Positions 8,533-16,370 of a DNA stretch of 64,000 bases are shown one piece after another (the stretch's first letter is position 1; every line of letters starts with the position of its first letter). A program made the translations under genes and the position numbers. This DNA comes from Faecousia sp. (GTDB lineage Bacteria; Bacillota; Clostridia; Oscillospirales; Oscillospiraceae), in the NCBI GenBank assembly GCA_051867015.1, contig JBJDYD010000141.1, forward strand, positions 9,700-73,699, written 5' to 3'. The notes beneath the pieces were generated by a model. It did not search any database and was not told the DNA's origin. It saw nothing but the letters and a program-made list of their open reading frames with translations.

Positions 8533-9510
8533 TTACATTTCCCAGCTGCCGAGCCAATTTGCGAACTCCGCGTATATCGTCTCCATCTCAGCGGTCAGCT
8601 CGTCACCGTTATTCAACGTGTAGACATAATCCTCAGTGCCGAACATTTCAACATATTGATACTCGGAGGTATAATTCTTGTTCTCAAGCTCCGCGAGCGC
8701 TTTGTCGGCAAGCGCCTCCGCTTTTCGAATGTTTGCCACAAGGTCGCTGAAGGCATTTTGATCTACGGCTTCGATTTTTTGCACGATCCCATCAAAGTAG
8801 CCCTCTTGGTAGCCGTAATTGTATTGTGCTCCGTCGTTATAAATATAGTTCTCTGCGTCACTGGCGTAAAGATAATAGCCCGGGACGGTATTGCCGTTTT
8901 CATCGGTATAGGAATTCACATAGTATGTATTCCACGCGCAGAGAAAGTTCACATAGTCATACATTTTATAAATGTCATTGACCACATCGCTTTCCGCAAT
9001 TTTTTGCCATAGCGCCATATCCTCTGAAAGCTCGTCCGCCTGTATGATGCTGTAAGTGGCATCTACAATCTTATAATTGAATTCGTAGCCGTACATATCG
9101 GTAAACGGCTCCTCCTCACTGTCAGCGACTTCCAAAGTACCCACAATATTAATCGCCTGCGTCGTATAGGCGAAGCTGTCGCCCTTCTTCGGGTAAACCT
9201 CCATTGTGTTGGACAATTGCGAGGTGTTGGGCACGCAGAAGGGGCAGCTTTGATACGGCAGGTTCATCAGAAACAGGAACGAACCGTCCACCGGCGAGCT
9301 GGTCGCCATATATCCGCTGATGGTAACACGCGTACCGTCAAGGGATTTCAGATAATCATAACCGGAAGCGGCTTTGAAGCTTAGTTTGGTAATCCCGCCG
9401 TCATTGGAACCGCTCTCCCCGCCTCCCTTGCAGCCGGCAAAGGAAGCGGCGATCAGCGCCAAAAGCAGCAGGAGAGAAATGCATCTCCATAAATATTTCT
9501 TCTTTTTCAT
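8533..9510 (-). CDS. Lipoprotein with DUF3299-like N-terminal domain and a Tyr/Asn/Asp/Glu-rich C-terminal domain
   Basis: It has a signal peptide with lipobox LIAASFAG-C. The motif VTISGYMATSSPVDGSFLFLMNLPYQSCPFCVPN resembles the DUF3299 pattern (G-F/Y...FLL.P....C...P). The start was re-picked to ATG 9510 (GGAG 8 nt upstream), 5 nt after the permease stop. Confidence 0.75.
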   Translation of the reverse strand: MKKKKYLWRCISLLLLLALIAASFAGCKGGGESGSNDGGITKLSFKAASGYDYLKSLDGTRVTISGYMATSSPVDGSFLFLMNLPYQSCPFCVPNTSQLSNTMEVYPKKGDSFAYTTQAINIVGTLEVADSEEEPFTDMYGYEFNYKIVDATYSIIQADELSEDMALWQKIAESDVVNDIYKMYDYVNFLCAWNTYYVNSYTDENGNTVPGYYLYASDAENYIYNDGAQYNYGYQEGYFDGIVQKIEAVDQNAFSDLVANIRKAEALADKALAELENKNYTSEYQYVEMFGTEDYVYTLNNGDELTAEMETIYAEFANWLGSWEM

Positions 9511-9514
9511 GATT

Positions 9515-10714
9515 TTACTCCGAAATACTATCCTTTCTTGACATGACAAATGTCCAAATCACTGTGGGCAAAACGCTGATTGCAAACACCGCCAGAAGTA
9601 TGACCAGCTCCATCGGATAGACCTTTGACATATTCAAAACCACACCCATGGATTCGACATAGTCATTCATCAGCAGCATACAGGCTCTGGACACGCCGAA
9701 CGCGAGCAGGACGGAGCAAAGCCCCATCAGGCTGTTTTGAATGATGTAAAGCAGGTTGATCCGCTTCATGCTGATCCCGATCAGGCGCATCAGAGAGATT
9801 TCCTTTGCCGAATGGTACATATTCAAAAGCGTGATGATAGAGATAATCATAATGTTCATGATGAGGATGACTGCGCAGAGGACAAAGACGATGTATTTGG
9901 TATCGTCCGCATCGTTCAGCACATCGCGAATGACGGACATCGGTTCAATGGCCTGCAGCGTGCAGCTATCGCCGTCTTCCTCCGTGATGATCTTCCCGTC
10001 GTATTCTTGGACAAGCTGCATCGCGTAGCCCGGATTCTTGGTATTCACAAGCACCGCACACACCATGGCGTGCATTTCGTGATGCTCCTCTTCTTCCTCT
10101 TCCTCCTCACCGTGCTCATGCATCTCCCAGAGCGTTTTGAGCTGCGTAAAAACCACATTATCATAGGAGGAGTGGCTTTCCTCTAAAATGCCGACCACCG
10201 TGATGCCTTGCGTATGCAGCTCCGATCCGCTTGCAGAATGGCTTGTGTAGATCACATCGCCTACGGAAAGGTTGTTATACCTTGCGATGTTGGAGCCAAT
10301 GACCGCCTGCATGGTGCCGGAAGGGTCAAACATCGCACCTTGGCGCACCGTTTTGTTCTCGAGGAAGTCCGGCGCGGTTCCGACGACGCTGTAGCCGTTG
10401 TAATTATCCGCCATCGCAAACGGGATCACCGTTGTCACTCTGGAATCCTGTTGCAGAGAAGCAACCACGGAGTAAGGAATCGTGCCGACCGGCGAATCGG
10501 TAAAATACATGGTATTCATCGCAAGCTGCGTATTGCTCCCGGCAGGTCCGACGATCACCGAATAATATCCGGCGTTGTTGATGATCCCCTCGTCCACTTG
10601 TGTGGCAACATTGAACGCAAGAACGCTGATTCCCGCGGAGATCACGATGGAAAGGACGATCAGAATGATCTGCACTTTTTTGATCGCCATATTTTTCAGC
10701 GCAAATTTCAGCAT
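9515..10714 (-). CDS. ABC transporter permease, MacB/FtsX type, with a His/Glu-rich extracytoplasmic insertion
   Basis: 399 aa. It has an N-terminal TM, a large extracytoplasmic domain and a C-terminal 3-TM FtsX module. The insertion is WEMHEHGEEEEEEEEHHEMH (codons 198-215, nt 10070-10123). Confidence 0.85.
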   Translation of the reverse strand: MLKFALKNMAIKKVQIILIVLSIVISAGISVLAFNVATQVDEGIINNAGYYSVIVGPAGSNTQLAMNTMYFTDSPVGTIPYSVVASLQQDSRVTTVIPFAMADNYNGYSVVGTAPDFLENKTVRQGAMFDPSGTMQAVIGSNIARYNNLSVGDVIYTSHSASGSELHTQGITVVGILEESHSSYDNVVFTQLKTLWEMHEHGEEEEEEEEHHEMHAMVCAVLVNTKNPGYAMQLVQEYDGKIITEEDGDSCTLQAIEPMSVIRDVLNDADDTKYIVFVLCAVILIMNIMIISIITLLNMYHSAKEISLMRLIGISMKRINLLYIIQNSLMGLCSVLLAFGVSRACMLLMNDYVESMGVVLNMSKVYPMELVILLAVFAISVLPTVIWTFVMSRKDSISE

Positions 10715-10715
10715 C

Positions 10716-11378
10716 TTATTGTCCCTCCTCGTTCCTTACGGTGTCACGCATCCCGGAGGTCATTTCGTTCATGTCGATCACCTGATCGAAATATTTCGCC
10801 AATCTGTCGTCATGGGATACGGCAATCAGCGTTTTTCCCTTGGAAACCGCAAGCAGCTTCTGCATAACCTGTTCGCCGATGGCAAAGTTCAGATTTCCCG
10901 TGGGTTCGTCAGCGAGAATGATGTCCGGCTGTTTCACAAGCGCCCGCGCAATCGCGACGCGTTGCTTTTGTCCGCCGGAAAGATGCTTAATCTTCGCGTT
11001 TTTCTTCTCATAAATATCCAGCGCGCGGAGCATATCGTCCATTCCGGAAATATCAATGCCCTCCAGCCGCAGAATACCGATATTATCCGCAACCGTCATG
11101 TCGTTGATGAGCTTGAAGTCCTGAAAAATATAGCCGATTTTCTCGATTCGGAATTTATCCCTCACCTTCTGCGCAGCCGCGCTCATCTCCTTGCCGTCGA
11201 TGATGACCGAGCCTCTTGTCGGAGATAGCACGCCCGCAATGATATTTAATAATGTTGATTTCCCGCAGCCCGAGGCTCCGAGCAGCATATAAGACCTTCC
11301 GGTTTCAAAGGTCATATCATGGTACTCTATTTCAGTTTCATTCTGAAACTGTTTTCCCAAGTTTTTGATTTCTATCAT
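10716..11378 (-). CDS. ABC transporter ATP-binding protein (MacB/LolD-like)
   Basis: Walker [10 protein letters not shown], signature LSGGQKQR, Walker B ILADEP and H-loop SHD are all present. Confidence 0.92.
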   Translation of the reverse strand: MIEIKNLGKQFQNETEIEYHDMTFETGRSYMLLGASGCGKSTLLNIIAGVLSPTRGSVIIDGKEMSAAAQKVRDKFRIEKIGYIFQDFKLINDMTVADNIGILRLEGIDISGMDDMLRALDIYEKKNAKIKHLSGGQKQRVAIARALVKQPDIILADEPTGNLNFAIGEQVMQKLLAVSKGKTLIAVSHDDRLAKYFDQVIDMNEMTSGMRDTVRNEEGQ

Positions 11379-11430
11379 GATGCGTAGATATTCCTTTCAA
11401 AAGATGATGTATTTTGAAACGAATATCAAA

Positions 11431-11709
11431 TTAATTTGAAAGCTTGACCTTCTGCAAAACCAAAGTATCGTTTCGATGTATCGTAGTTTCCCTTCGCAAA
11501 GCGCAAACTCTACAGATCGGGTTTCCGAAAGCAGGGAATACCGCGTACAGGAATGCAAGCGAGATCATACTTTTCGAAAAGGAGATCAAAGCACAAATTG
11601 CACAATCCTTCCCGACACAGTCATGGATCGGCGAAAGTAGCATGCACAGCAGGATAAGCAGGCAAAGCAAGGCAAGGATTCGCTTCCAGTTCATATGCAG
11701 TTTTCTCAT
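11431..11709 (-). CDS. Small Cys-rich two-TM membrane protein (hypothetical)
   Basis: 92 aa. SD AGGAG lies 8-9 nt upstream. Two hydrophobic helices flank HDCVGKDCAIC, and a second CRVC lies in the C-terminal tail. It sits between the DUF134 gene and the ABC genes on the same strand. Confidence 0.55.
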   Translation of the reverse strand: MRKLHMNWKRILALLCLLILLCMLLSPIHDCVGKDCAICALISFSKSMISLAFLYAVFPAFGNPICRVCALRRETTIHRNDTLVLQKVKLSN

Positions 11710-11760
11710 ATGCTCCGCTCCTTTCCTGTAAACTCCTTACCGTGCTGACAGCACATCTGC

Positions 11761-12141
11761 CTATTTCTGATTGCTGTTTTGTGTGCGCGTCGCTTCAGAA
11801 CAAAGGGAATTGCGATGCCGACAGCATCCGCCGCAATTGCAATGCACTTCCTCGCCGCTGCATAGTGTATAATCCCCGCCCTCAATGCGGATTCCCATGC
11901 CGCCGACCAAGGCATCCGCGAGCTTGCTTCTTGCGCTGTTGTAGATCGTCTGGACGGTCGTGCGCGCCACTTGCATATATCCCGCGCATTCTTCCTGAGA
12001 GAAGCCCTCTTTATCTATGAGCCGTATGGATTCATATTCATCTACAGTCAATTGGATAAAGCACGGAGAGTCGGCGGCGGGCAAAAACTCACGCACCGCA
12101 GGCAGCCTGCATACTTTTCTGCATTTTCTCGGTCTTGACAT
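11761..12141 (-). CDS. DUF134-family DNA-binding protein with Cys-rich C-terminus
   Basis: [14 protein letters not shown]...F.P......[50 protein letters not shown] matches the DUF134/UPF0251 pattern. The tail carries [14 protein letters not shown]. The start was re-picked to ATG 12141. Confidence 0.8.
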   Translation of the reverse strand: MSRPRKCRKVCRLPAVREFLPAADSPCFIQLTVDEYESIRLIDKEGFSQEECAGYMQVARTTVQTIYNSARSKLADALVGGMGIRIEGGDYTLCSGEEVHCNCGGCCRHRNSLCSEATRTQNSNQK

Positions 12142-12185
12142 ATCTCTGTCCTTCTTCAGTTTGGGTATTCTCACATGTTCACTTC

Positions 12186-12214
12186 ATTATACTTTTGTTT
12201 TTGGCATATGTCAA
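12186..12214 (-). promoter_or_regulatory. Perfect consensus sigma-A promoter of the DUF134-ABC operon
   Basis: On the minus strand: TTGACA (12214-12209), 17-nt spacer, TATAAT (12191-12186), about 45 nt upstream of ATG 12141. Confidence 0.65.
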
Positions 12215-12359
12215 CAATTTGCACAATTTTGAATTCCTAAATCATGGTTGCGGAAAAAGATTTGAAATTAACAAAACGCAAACAATTCCGAATCATTTCT
12301 TGAATATACAAAAGCTATCCTGTATTCATCGAAAGCAAAACAGAAAAGAGGTAACAGTA

Positions 12360-12728
12360 ATGGACAGAAACGATCAGGAATATTTGGTGCAGAAGATCCG
12401 CACGCAGTACACCGAAAAGGAACACACCCAGCTCGATGCTCTCAGAGAGCTTGATGCCAAGGTAAAGCGTCCGGCAAATGTATTTGCTTATGTTTTCGGA
12501 GCCATCAGCGCCATCATCATGGGCTGCGGAATGAGCCTTGTAATGACCGACATCGGAGCCACCCTCGGCATTCACAGCACCATGGCTCCCGGGATTGTCA
12601 TCGGCATTGTAGGTCTGCTGCTGGCGATCATCAACTATCCTCTCTACCGGCGTATCCTGAGCAGCCGTAAGAAAAAGTACGTCGAACAGATCATGAAGCT
12701 CAGCGATAAGATCATGGGCAACCGTTAA
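12360..12728 (+). CDS. Small 2-TM membrane protein, paralog 1 (hypothetical)
   Basis: 122 aa from ATG 12360. It has an N-terminal charged helix, then LRELD...GAISAIIMGCGMSLVM and PGIVIGIVGLLLAIINYPLY. It is clearly homologous to the 15190-15564 product. Confidence 0.7.
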   Translation: MDRNDQEYLVQKIRTQYTEKEHTQLDALRELDAKVKRPANVFAYVFGAISAIIMGCGMSLVMTDIGATLGIHSTMAPGIVIGIVGLLLAIINYPLYRRILSSRKKKYVEQIMKLSDKIMGNR

Positions 12729-12773
12729 TTTCAATCTTATACACAAAAAACTATTGTAAAGGAGAGCGCAACA

Positions 12774-13019
12774 ATGGCAAGCTTTTTGAAGAACGCATTT
12801 CACGACATGAAGGAAAGCGCAAAAGCGCAGCATGAGGTAGACAAAGCAAACTTCGAGGCAGTCAAGGCGGAATCCAAGGCGCAGTGGGAAGAGGCAAAAG
12901 CGATGGGCAGACCTGAAACTCGCAAGGCAATGATGCAGAAAGAACGCGAGGAACAGATCGCAGCCGCAAAGGAGCGAACCGCCGCCGCGCAGAACCGCAT
13001 CGACGCAGTAAAGAAATAA
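12774..13019 (+). CDS. Small Lys/Glu/Ala-rich coiled-coil protein (hypothetical)
   Basis: 81 aa. SD AAGGAGAG is upstream. The composition is helical and low-complexity. It lies 46 nt downstream of paralog 1. Confidence 0.5.
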   Translation: MASFLKNAFHDMKESAKAQHEVDKANFEAVKAESKAQWEEAKAMGRPETRKAMMQKEREEQIAAAKERTAAAQNRIDAVKK

Positions 13020-13126
13020 TCCCGTGGGGGCAAGCGAGGCAATGAATATCGTTGTCTCGTTTTGTCATCTACAAGAGCGTAAAGTAATGAATGCCCTTGA
13101 AATAAGATATTTGTGAGGTAACCATC

Positions 13127-14149
13127 ATGAAAGCCGGCATTTACTTAGGAAAAGAGAAGATAGAAATCAGAGAAATGCCTATGCCGCAATGCGGAGATGA
13201 CGATGTGGTTGTTGAGAATCTTTATTCCGGCATTTGCGGAACGGATGTTGCCGTATTCCTTCACGGACCGGGGACGGGCCACCGCATAGACATCGGCGGT
13301 GAGTTCGGCCACGAGACTGTATCCCGCATTGCCGAGGTCGGAAAAAATGTCACGGAATTTGCGGTCGGAGAGAGAGTGTATCCCTATCCCCTCTTTGCCA
13401 AAGGCGCCACGCGCCGCGCGGGAACCATCGGCGGCTTTTCGGAGTATATCCTGATTCCGAATGCAAAGCGCAACCGTTCTCTGTATACGGTGGATGATGC
13501 GATTTCCGACCGTCTCGCCTGCCTGATTGAACTGTTTACAGTAGGCTGCCGCGCAGCAAGAAGGTCTGCGCCGAAGGAGCAGGAAACCGCCGTTGTATTC
13601 GGCTGCGGCACAATCGGCATGGCTTCCGCTGTTGCTTTAAAGCATTTCGGTCTTGAAAAAGTAATGGTCTGCGATTATTCCGAATTCCGTCTGAGCATCG
13701 CAAAGAAACTCGGTTTTGAAGTCTGCAACATGGGAAAGATCGATTTCATAACCCATGCAAAGGAATACTTCGGTACTGCGCCGTCCCTCAAGGACGAAAC
13801 TGCCAACGCGGATATATGGATTGATGCCGCAGGAGCGGAGTCTGTTTTTGATTCTTTTATGCAAACAGGGAAAATCGAAAGCCGGTTTGTTTCGGTTGCC
13901 GTGAATAAGGCGCTTCGCAGCCTTGATATGCTGCACTTGACCTATTCGCAAAAAAGCGTGATCGGCTCAGGCGGCTATCAGCCCGAGGACGTAAGCACCG
14001 TGATGGAGATAATGAAGAGCGGGAGATGGGCGCTCGAAACGCTCATCACGCACGAATTCCAAATTGACGAGTTGGAAGCAGCAATCCGAACCGCCGGAAA
14101 TGTTGACCGCGCGCTCAATGTGACAATTCGGTTTGACACCGCAAAATAA
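13127..14149 (+). CDS. Zinc-dependent alcohol/polyol dehydrogenase (MDR family)
   Basis: Catalytic-zinc motifs GICGTD and GHE, and the Rossmann motif VFGCGTIG, are present. No structural-zinc Cys cluster is visible. Confidence 0.85.
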   Translation: MKAGIYLGKEKIEIREMPMPQCGDDDVVVENLYSGICGTDVAVFLHGPGTGHRIDIGGEFGHETVSRIAEVGKNVTEFAVGERVYPYPLFAKGATRRAGTIGGFSEYILIPNAKRNRSLYTVDDAISDRLACLIELFTVGCRAARRSAPKEQETAVVFGCGTIGMASAVALKHFGLEKVMVCDYSEFRLSIAKKLGFEVCNMGKIDFITHAKEYFGTAPSLKDETANADIWIDAAGAESVFDSFMQTGKIESRFVSVAVNKALRSLDMLHLTYSQKSVIGSGGYQPEDVSTVMEIMKSGRWALETLITHEFQIDELEAAIRTAGNVDRALNVTIRFDTAK

Positions 14150-14253
14150 ACGAGCATCTTACTTTGTTGTATGATAGACTTTAAAGCAGGAGGTTTCAAC
14201 GAGATGTTTGAGATAGCGTTCGTTGCGGATGCCCCGGAGTTGAAATGTGCCGT

Positions 14254-15138
14254 ATGATGGATTGGAAAAAAGTCGGTAAAAAGCTGCTTTTCCCGCCGAT
14301 ATGGCTGATTATCCTATGCTCTGTTGTCAGCGCTGCCGCACTGGCAGTCGTTTTTATCAAAGGATGGGATACTTCGCCGGTCGCCTACGTGGTCTATGTG
14401 CTGTCCTTTTACTCCCTTACCGTCGATTGTGCGGCTTGCATTGTCCTCCTTCCGGGGTATTCTAAGAGAATAAAACGGAGGGTTTACAAGAATAAATTCG
14501 GTAACAGATATCTGACCGACGTTGCGTATCGAACGCATGTTTCCCTTTATCTATCGCTGGGAATCAATCTTCTGTATGTTGCAACCAATCTCTTCACCGG
14601 CATTTTGTATCGTTCTCTCTGGTCGGTGACGCTTGCGGCTTATTACATTATTTTAGCAGTGATGCATTTTTTACTGCTCCGCTTTGCCGGAAAGATCGGT
14701 ATCGGTAAGGATCGTGTCGGAGAACTCAAACGCGCAAGGCTCTGCGGTATGATTCTTATGACGGTCAATCTCGCCCTTTCCGGCGTGGTGGCTTTGGTTA
14801 TCGTTCAAAATAAAGGCTTTGAATACCACGGTATGTTAATTTACGTCATGGCGACCTATACTTTTTATGTTACCGTCAATGCAATCATCAACATTCTGAA
14901 GTACCGCAAATATCACAGTCCGGTTATGTCAGCAGCCAAGGCGATCCGCTTCGCGGCGGCTCTCGTCTCTATGCTGTCCCTTGAAACCGCTATGCTTTCT
15001 CAATTCGGCACTGAGAAAACAACGACACATTATAATCAGATCATGGTCGGCACAACGGGTGCAGGCATCTGCGCAATCGTGCTAACCATGTCTGTCTACA
15101 TCATTGTTCGCACGAACAAAGAATTAAAAAGCCTGTAG
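14254..15138 (+). CDS. Polytopic membrane protein (hypothetical)
   Basis: About 294 aa with 6-7 hydrophobic segments. The start is ambiguous: ATG 14245, 14254 or 14257. ATG 14254 overlaps the stop of a 17-codon upstream ORF (ATGA). Confidence 0.65.
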   Translation: MMDWKKVGKKLLFPPIWLIILCSVVSAAALAVVFIKGWDTSPVAYVVYVLSFYSLTVDCAACIVLLPGYSKRIKRRVYKNKFGNRYLTDVAYRTHVSLYLSLGINLLYVATNLFTGILYRSLWSVTLAAYYIILAVMHFLLLRFAGKIGIGKDRVGELKRARLCGMILMTVNLALSGVVALVIVQNKGFEYHGMLIYVMATYTFYVTVNAIINILKYRKYHSPVMSAAKAIRFAAALVSMLSLETAMLSQFGTEKTTTHYNQIMVGTTGAGICAIVLTMSVYIIVRTNKELKSL

Positions 15139-15189
15139 CTTCCTCATTTTCAGTCACACCTCATCCGCACTCAGAAGGAGAAGAAAGTA

Positions 15190-15564
15190 ATGGATCATCA
15201 GGAAAACGAAAAATTCAGTTATACCTATTCTGCCAAAGAGCAGGAGGAAATTAACCGGATTCGCAAAAAGTATGTTGCAGCAGAAGATAAGATGGAACAA
15301 CTGCGCCGACTGGATGCCGGTGTCACGCAAAAAGCTGCCGCCATGTCTATTATCGTGGGTATTTTCGGCGCTTTGATCATGGGCGGCGGAATGTCCTGCA
15401 CTATGGTTTGGAAAGGACAGTGGTTTGTTCCCGGCATCATGATCGGTCTGGTCGGTATGGCAGTCCTTGCGCTGGCATATCCCGTCTATCAAAAGGTTCT
15501 CAAAAAAGAGCGTGAAAAAATCGCACCCGAAGTGATCCGTCTGACGGACGAGCTGATGAAATGA
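15190..15564 (+). CDS. Small 2-TM membrane protein, paralog 2 (hypothetical)
   Basis: 124 aa. LRRLD...GIFGALIMGGGMSCTM and PGIMIGLVGMAVLALAYPVY align with the 12360-12728 product. Confidence 0.7.
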   Translation: MDHQENEKFSYTYSAKEQEEINRIRKKYVAAEDKMEQLRRLDAGVTQKAAAMSIIVGIFGALIMGGGMSCTMVWKGQWFVPGIMIGLVGMAVLALAYPVYQKVLKKEREKIAPEVIRLTDELMK

Positions 15565-15634
15565 GGTAATCTCCATAAAAGCATAAGTCTTTCTCTCCGA
15601 ACCGCTGCGTTAACCTGTTTCAACGGAGCGTAGG

Positions 15635-15663
15635 TTGCGCAAGGGCGGATTGGGCGGTATAAT
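15635..15663 (+). promoter_or_regulatory. Candidate sigma-A promoter of the HTH-SOR gene
   Basis: TTGCGC (15635-15640), 17-nt spacer, TATAAT (15658-15663). Confidence 0.45.
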
Positions 15664-15685
15664 GTACCCGAAAGGAGAGATAGCC

Positions 15686-16273
15686 ATGAATTCTTATATC
15701 ACCGGTTCAACCGTCAAGCGTCTGCGGGAAGCAAAGGGCATGACACAGGCAGCGCTTGCCGAGAAGCTCTGCGTGAGCAGTAAAGCGGTATCCAAATGGG
15801 AGACAGGAAAGGGCTTGCCGGATATCTCCCTTGTGGAGCCGCTTGCGAAAGCACTCGGCGTTTCCGTGATGGAGCTGATGTCAGGCGATACGGTCATCAA
15901 TAAAAACAAAGCGGGGAATATGCTGCGTTCAAAGTTCTATGTCTGCCCGGTTTGCGGAAATATCCTTCATACGACCGGAGACGCTGTGATCAGCTGCTGC
16001 GGAATCACGCTGCCGCCGCTGGAAGCGGAAGAACCGGACGGCGAGCACAGCTTCACCTTGGAAAACGTAGAGAACGAGCACTTTCTTACTGTGAACCATG
16101 AAATGACAAAAACGCATTATATCTCTTTTGCGGCATATGTCACTTCTGACCGATTGCAGCTTGTGAAGCTCTACCCGGAGGGCAATGCGGAGACAAGATT
16201 TCAGCGCTGCGGCACCGGTGAGCTTTACATCTACTGCAACAAGCATGGGCTGATGAAACAGAAAATACAATAA
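15686..16273 (+). CDS. XRE-family HTH domain fused to a desulfoferrodoxin (2Fe superoxide reductase) module
   Basis: The N-terminus LREAKGMTQAALAEKLCVSSKAVSKWETGKGLPD is an HTH_3-type fold. The C-terminus has a desulforedoxin motif CPVCGN-x13-CC and SOR centre-II ligand equivalents H121, H138, H144, C184 and H187 (NHEMTKTHYI, YCNKHGL). The start ATG 15686 follows AAAGGAGAG. Confidence 0.8.
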   Translation: MNSYITGSTVKRLREAKGMTQAALAEKLCVSSKAVSKWETGKGLPDISLVEPLAKALGVSVMELMSGDTVINKNKAGNMLRSKFYVCPVCGNILHTTGDAVISCCGITLPPLEAEEPDGEHSFTLENVENEHFLTVNHEMTKTHYISFAAYVTSDRLQLVKLYPEGNAETRFQRCGTGELYIYCNKHGLMKQKIQ

Positions 16274-16276
16274 CGC

Positions 16277-16312
16277 AAAACGCTTGAGAGTTACGGCTCT
16301 CAAGCGTTTTTT
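16277..16312 (+). terminator. Rho-independent terminator after the HTH-SOR gene
   Basis: 14-bp stem aaaacgcttgagag / ctctcaagcgtttt running into a T-tract. Confidence 0.8.
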
Positions 16313-16370
16313 CATGTACAGCACAATAACCTACATAGCTCGCGCCATGTAGGTTATTGTAAAAATCAAA

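Noticed and set aside
16322-16360. 14-bp-stem hairpin acaataacctacat / atgtaggttattgt downstream of the ispH-S1 gene
   Set aside because: It is a real inverted repeat, but it has no T-run after the stem on the minus strand. It is probably a weak or auxiliary terminator and is not listed as a separate feature.
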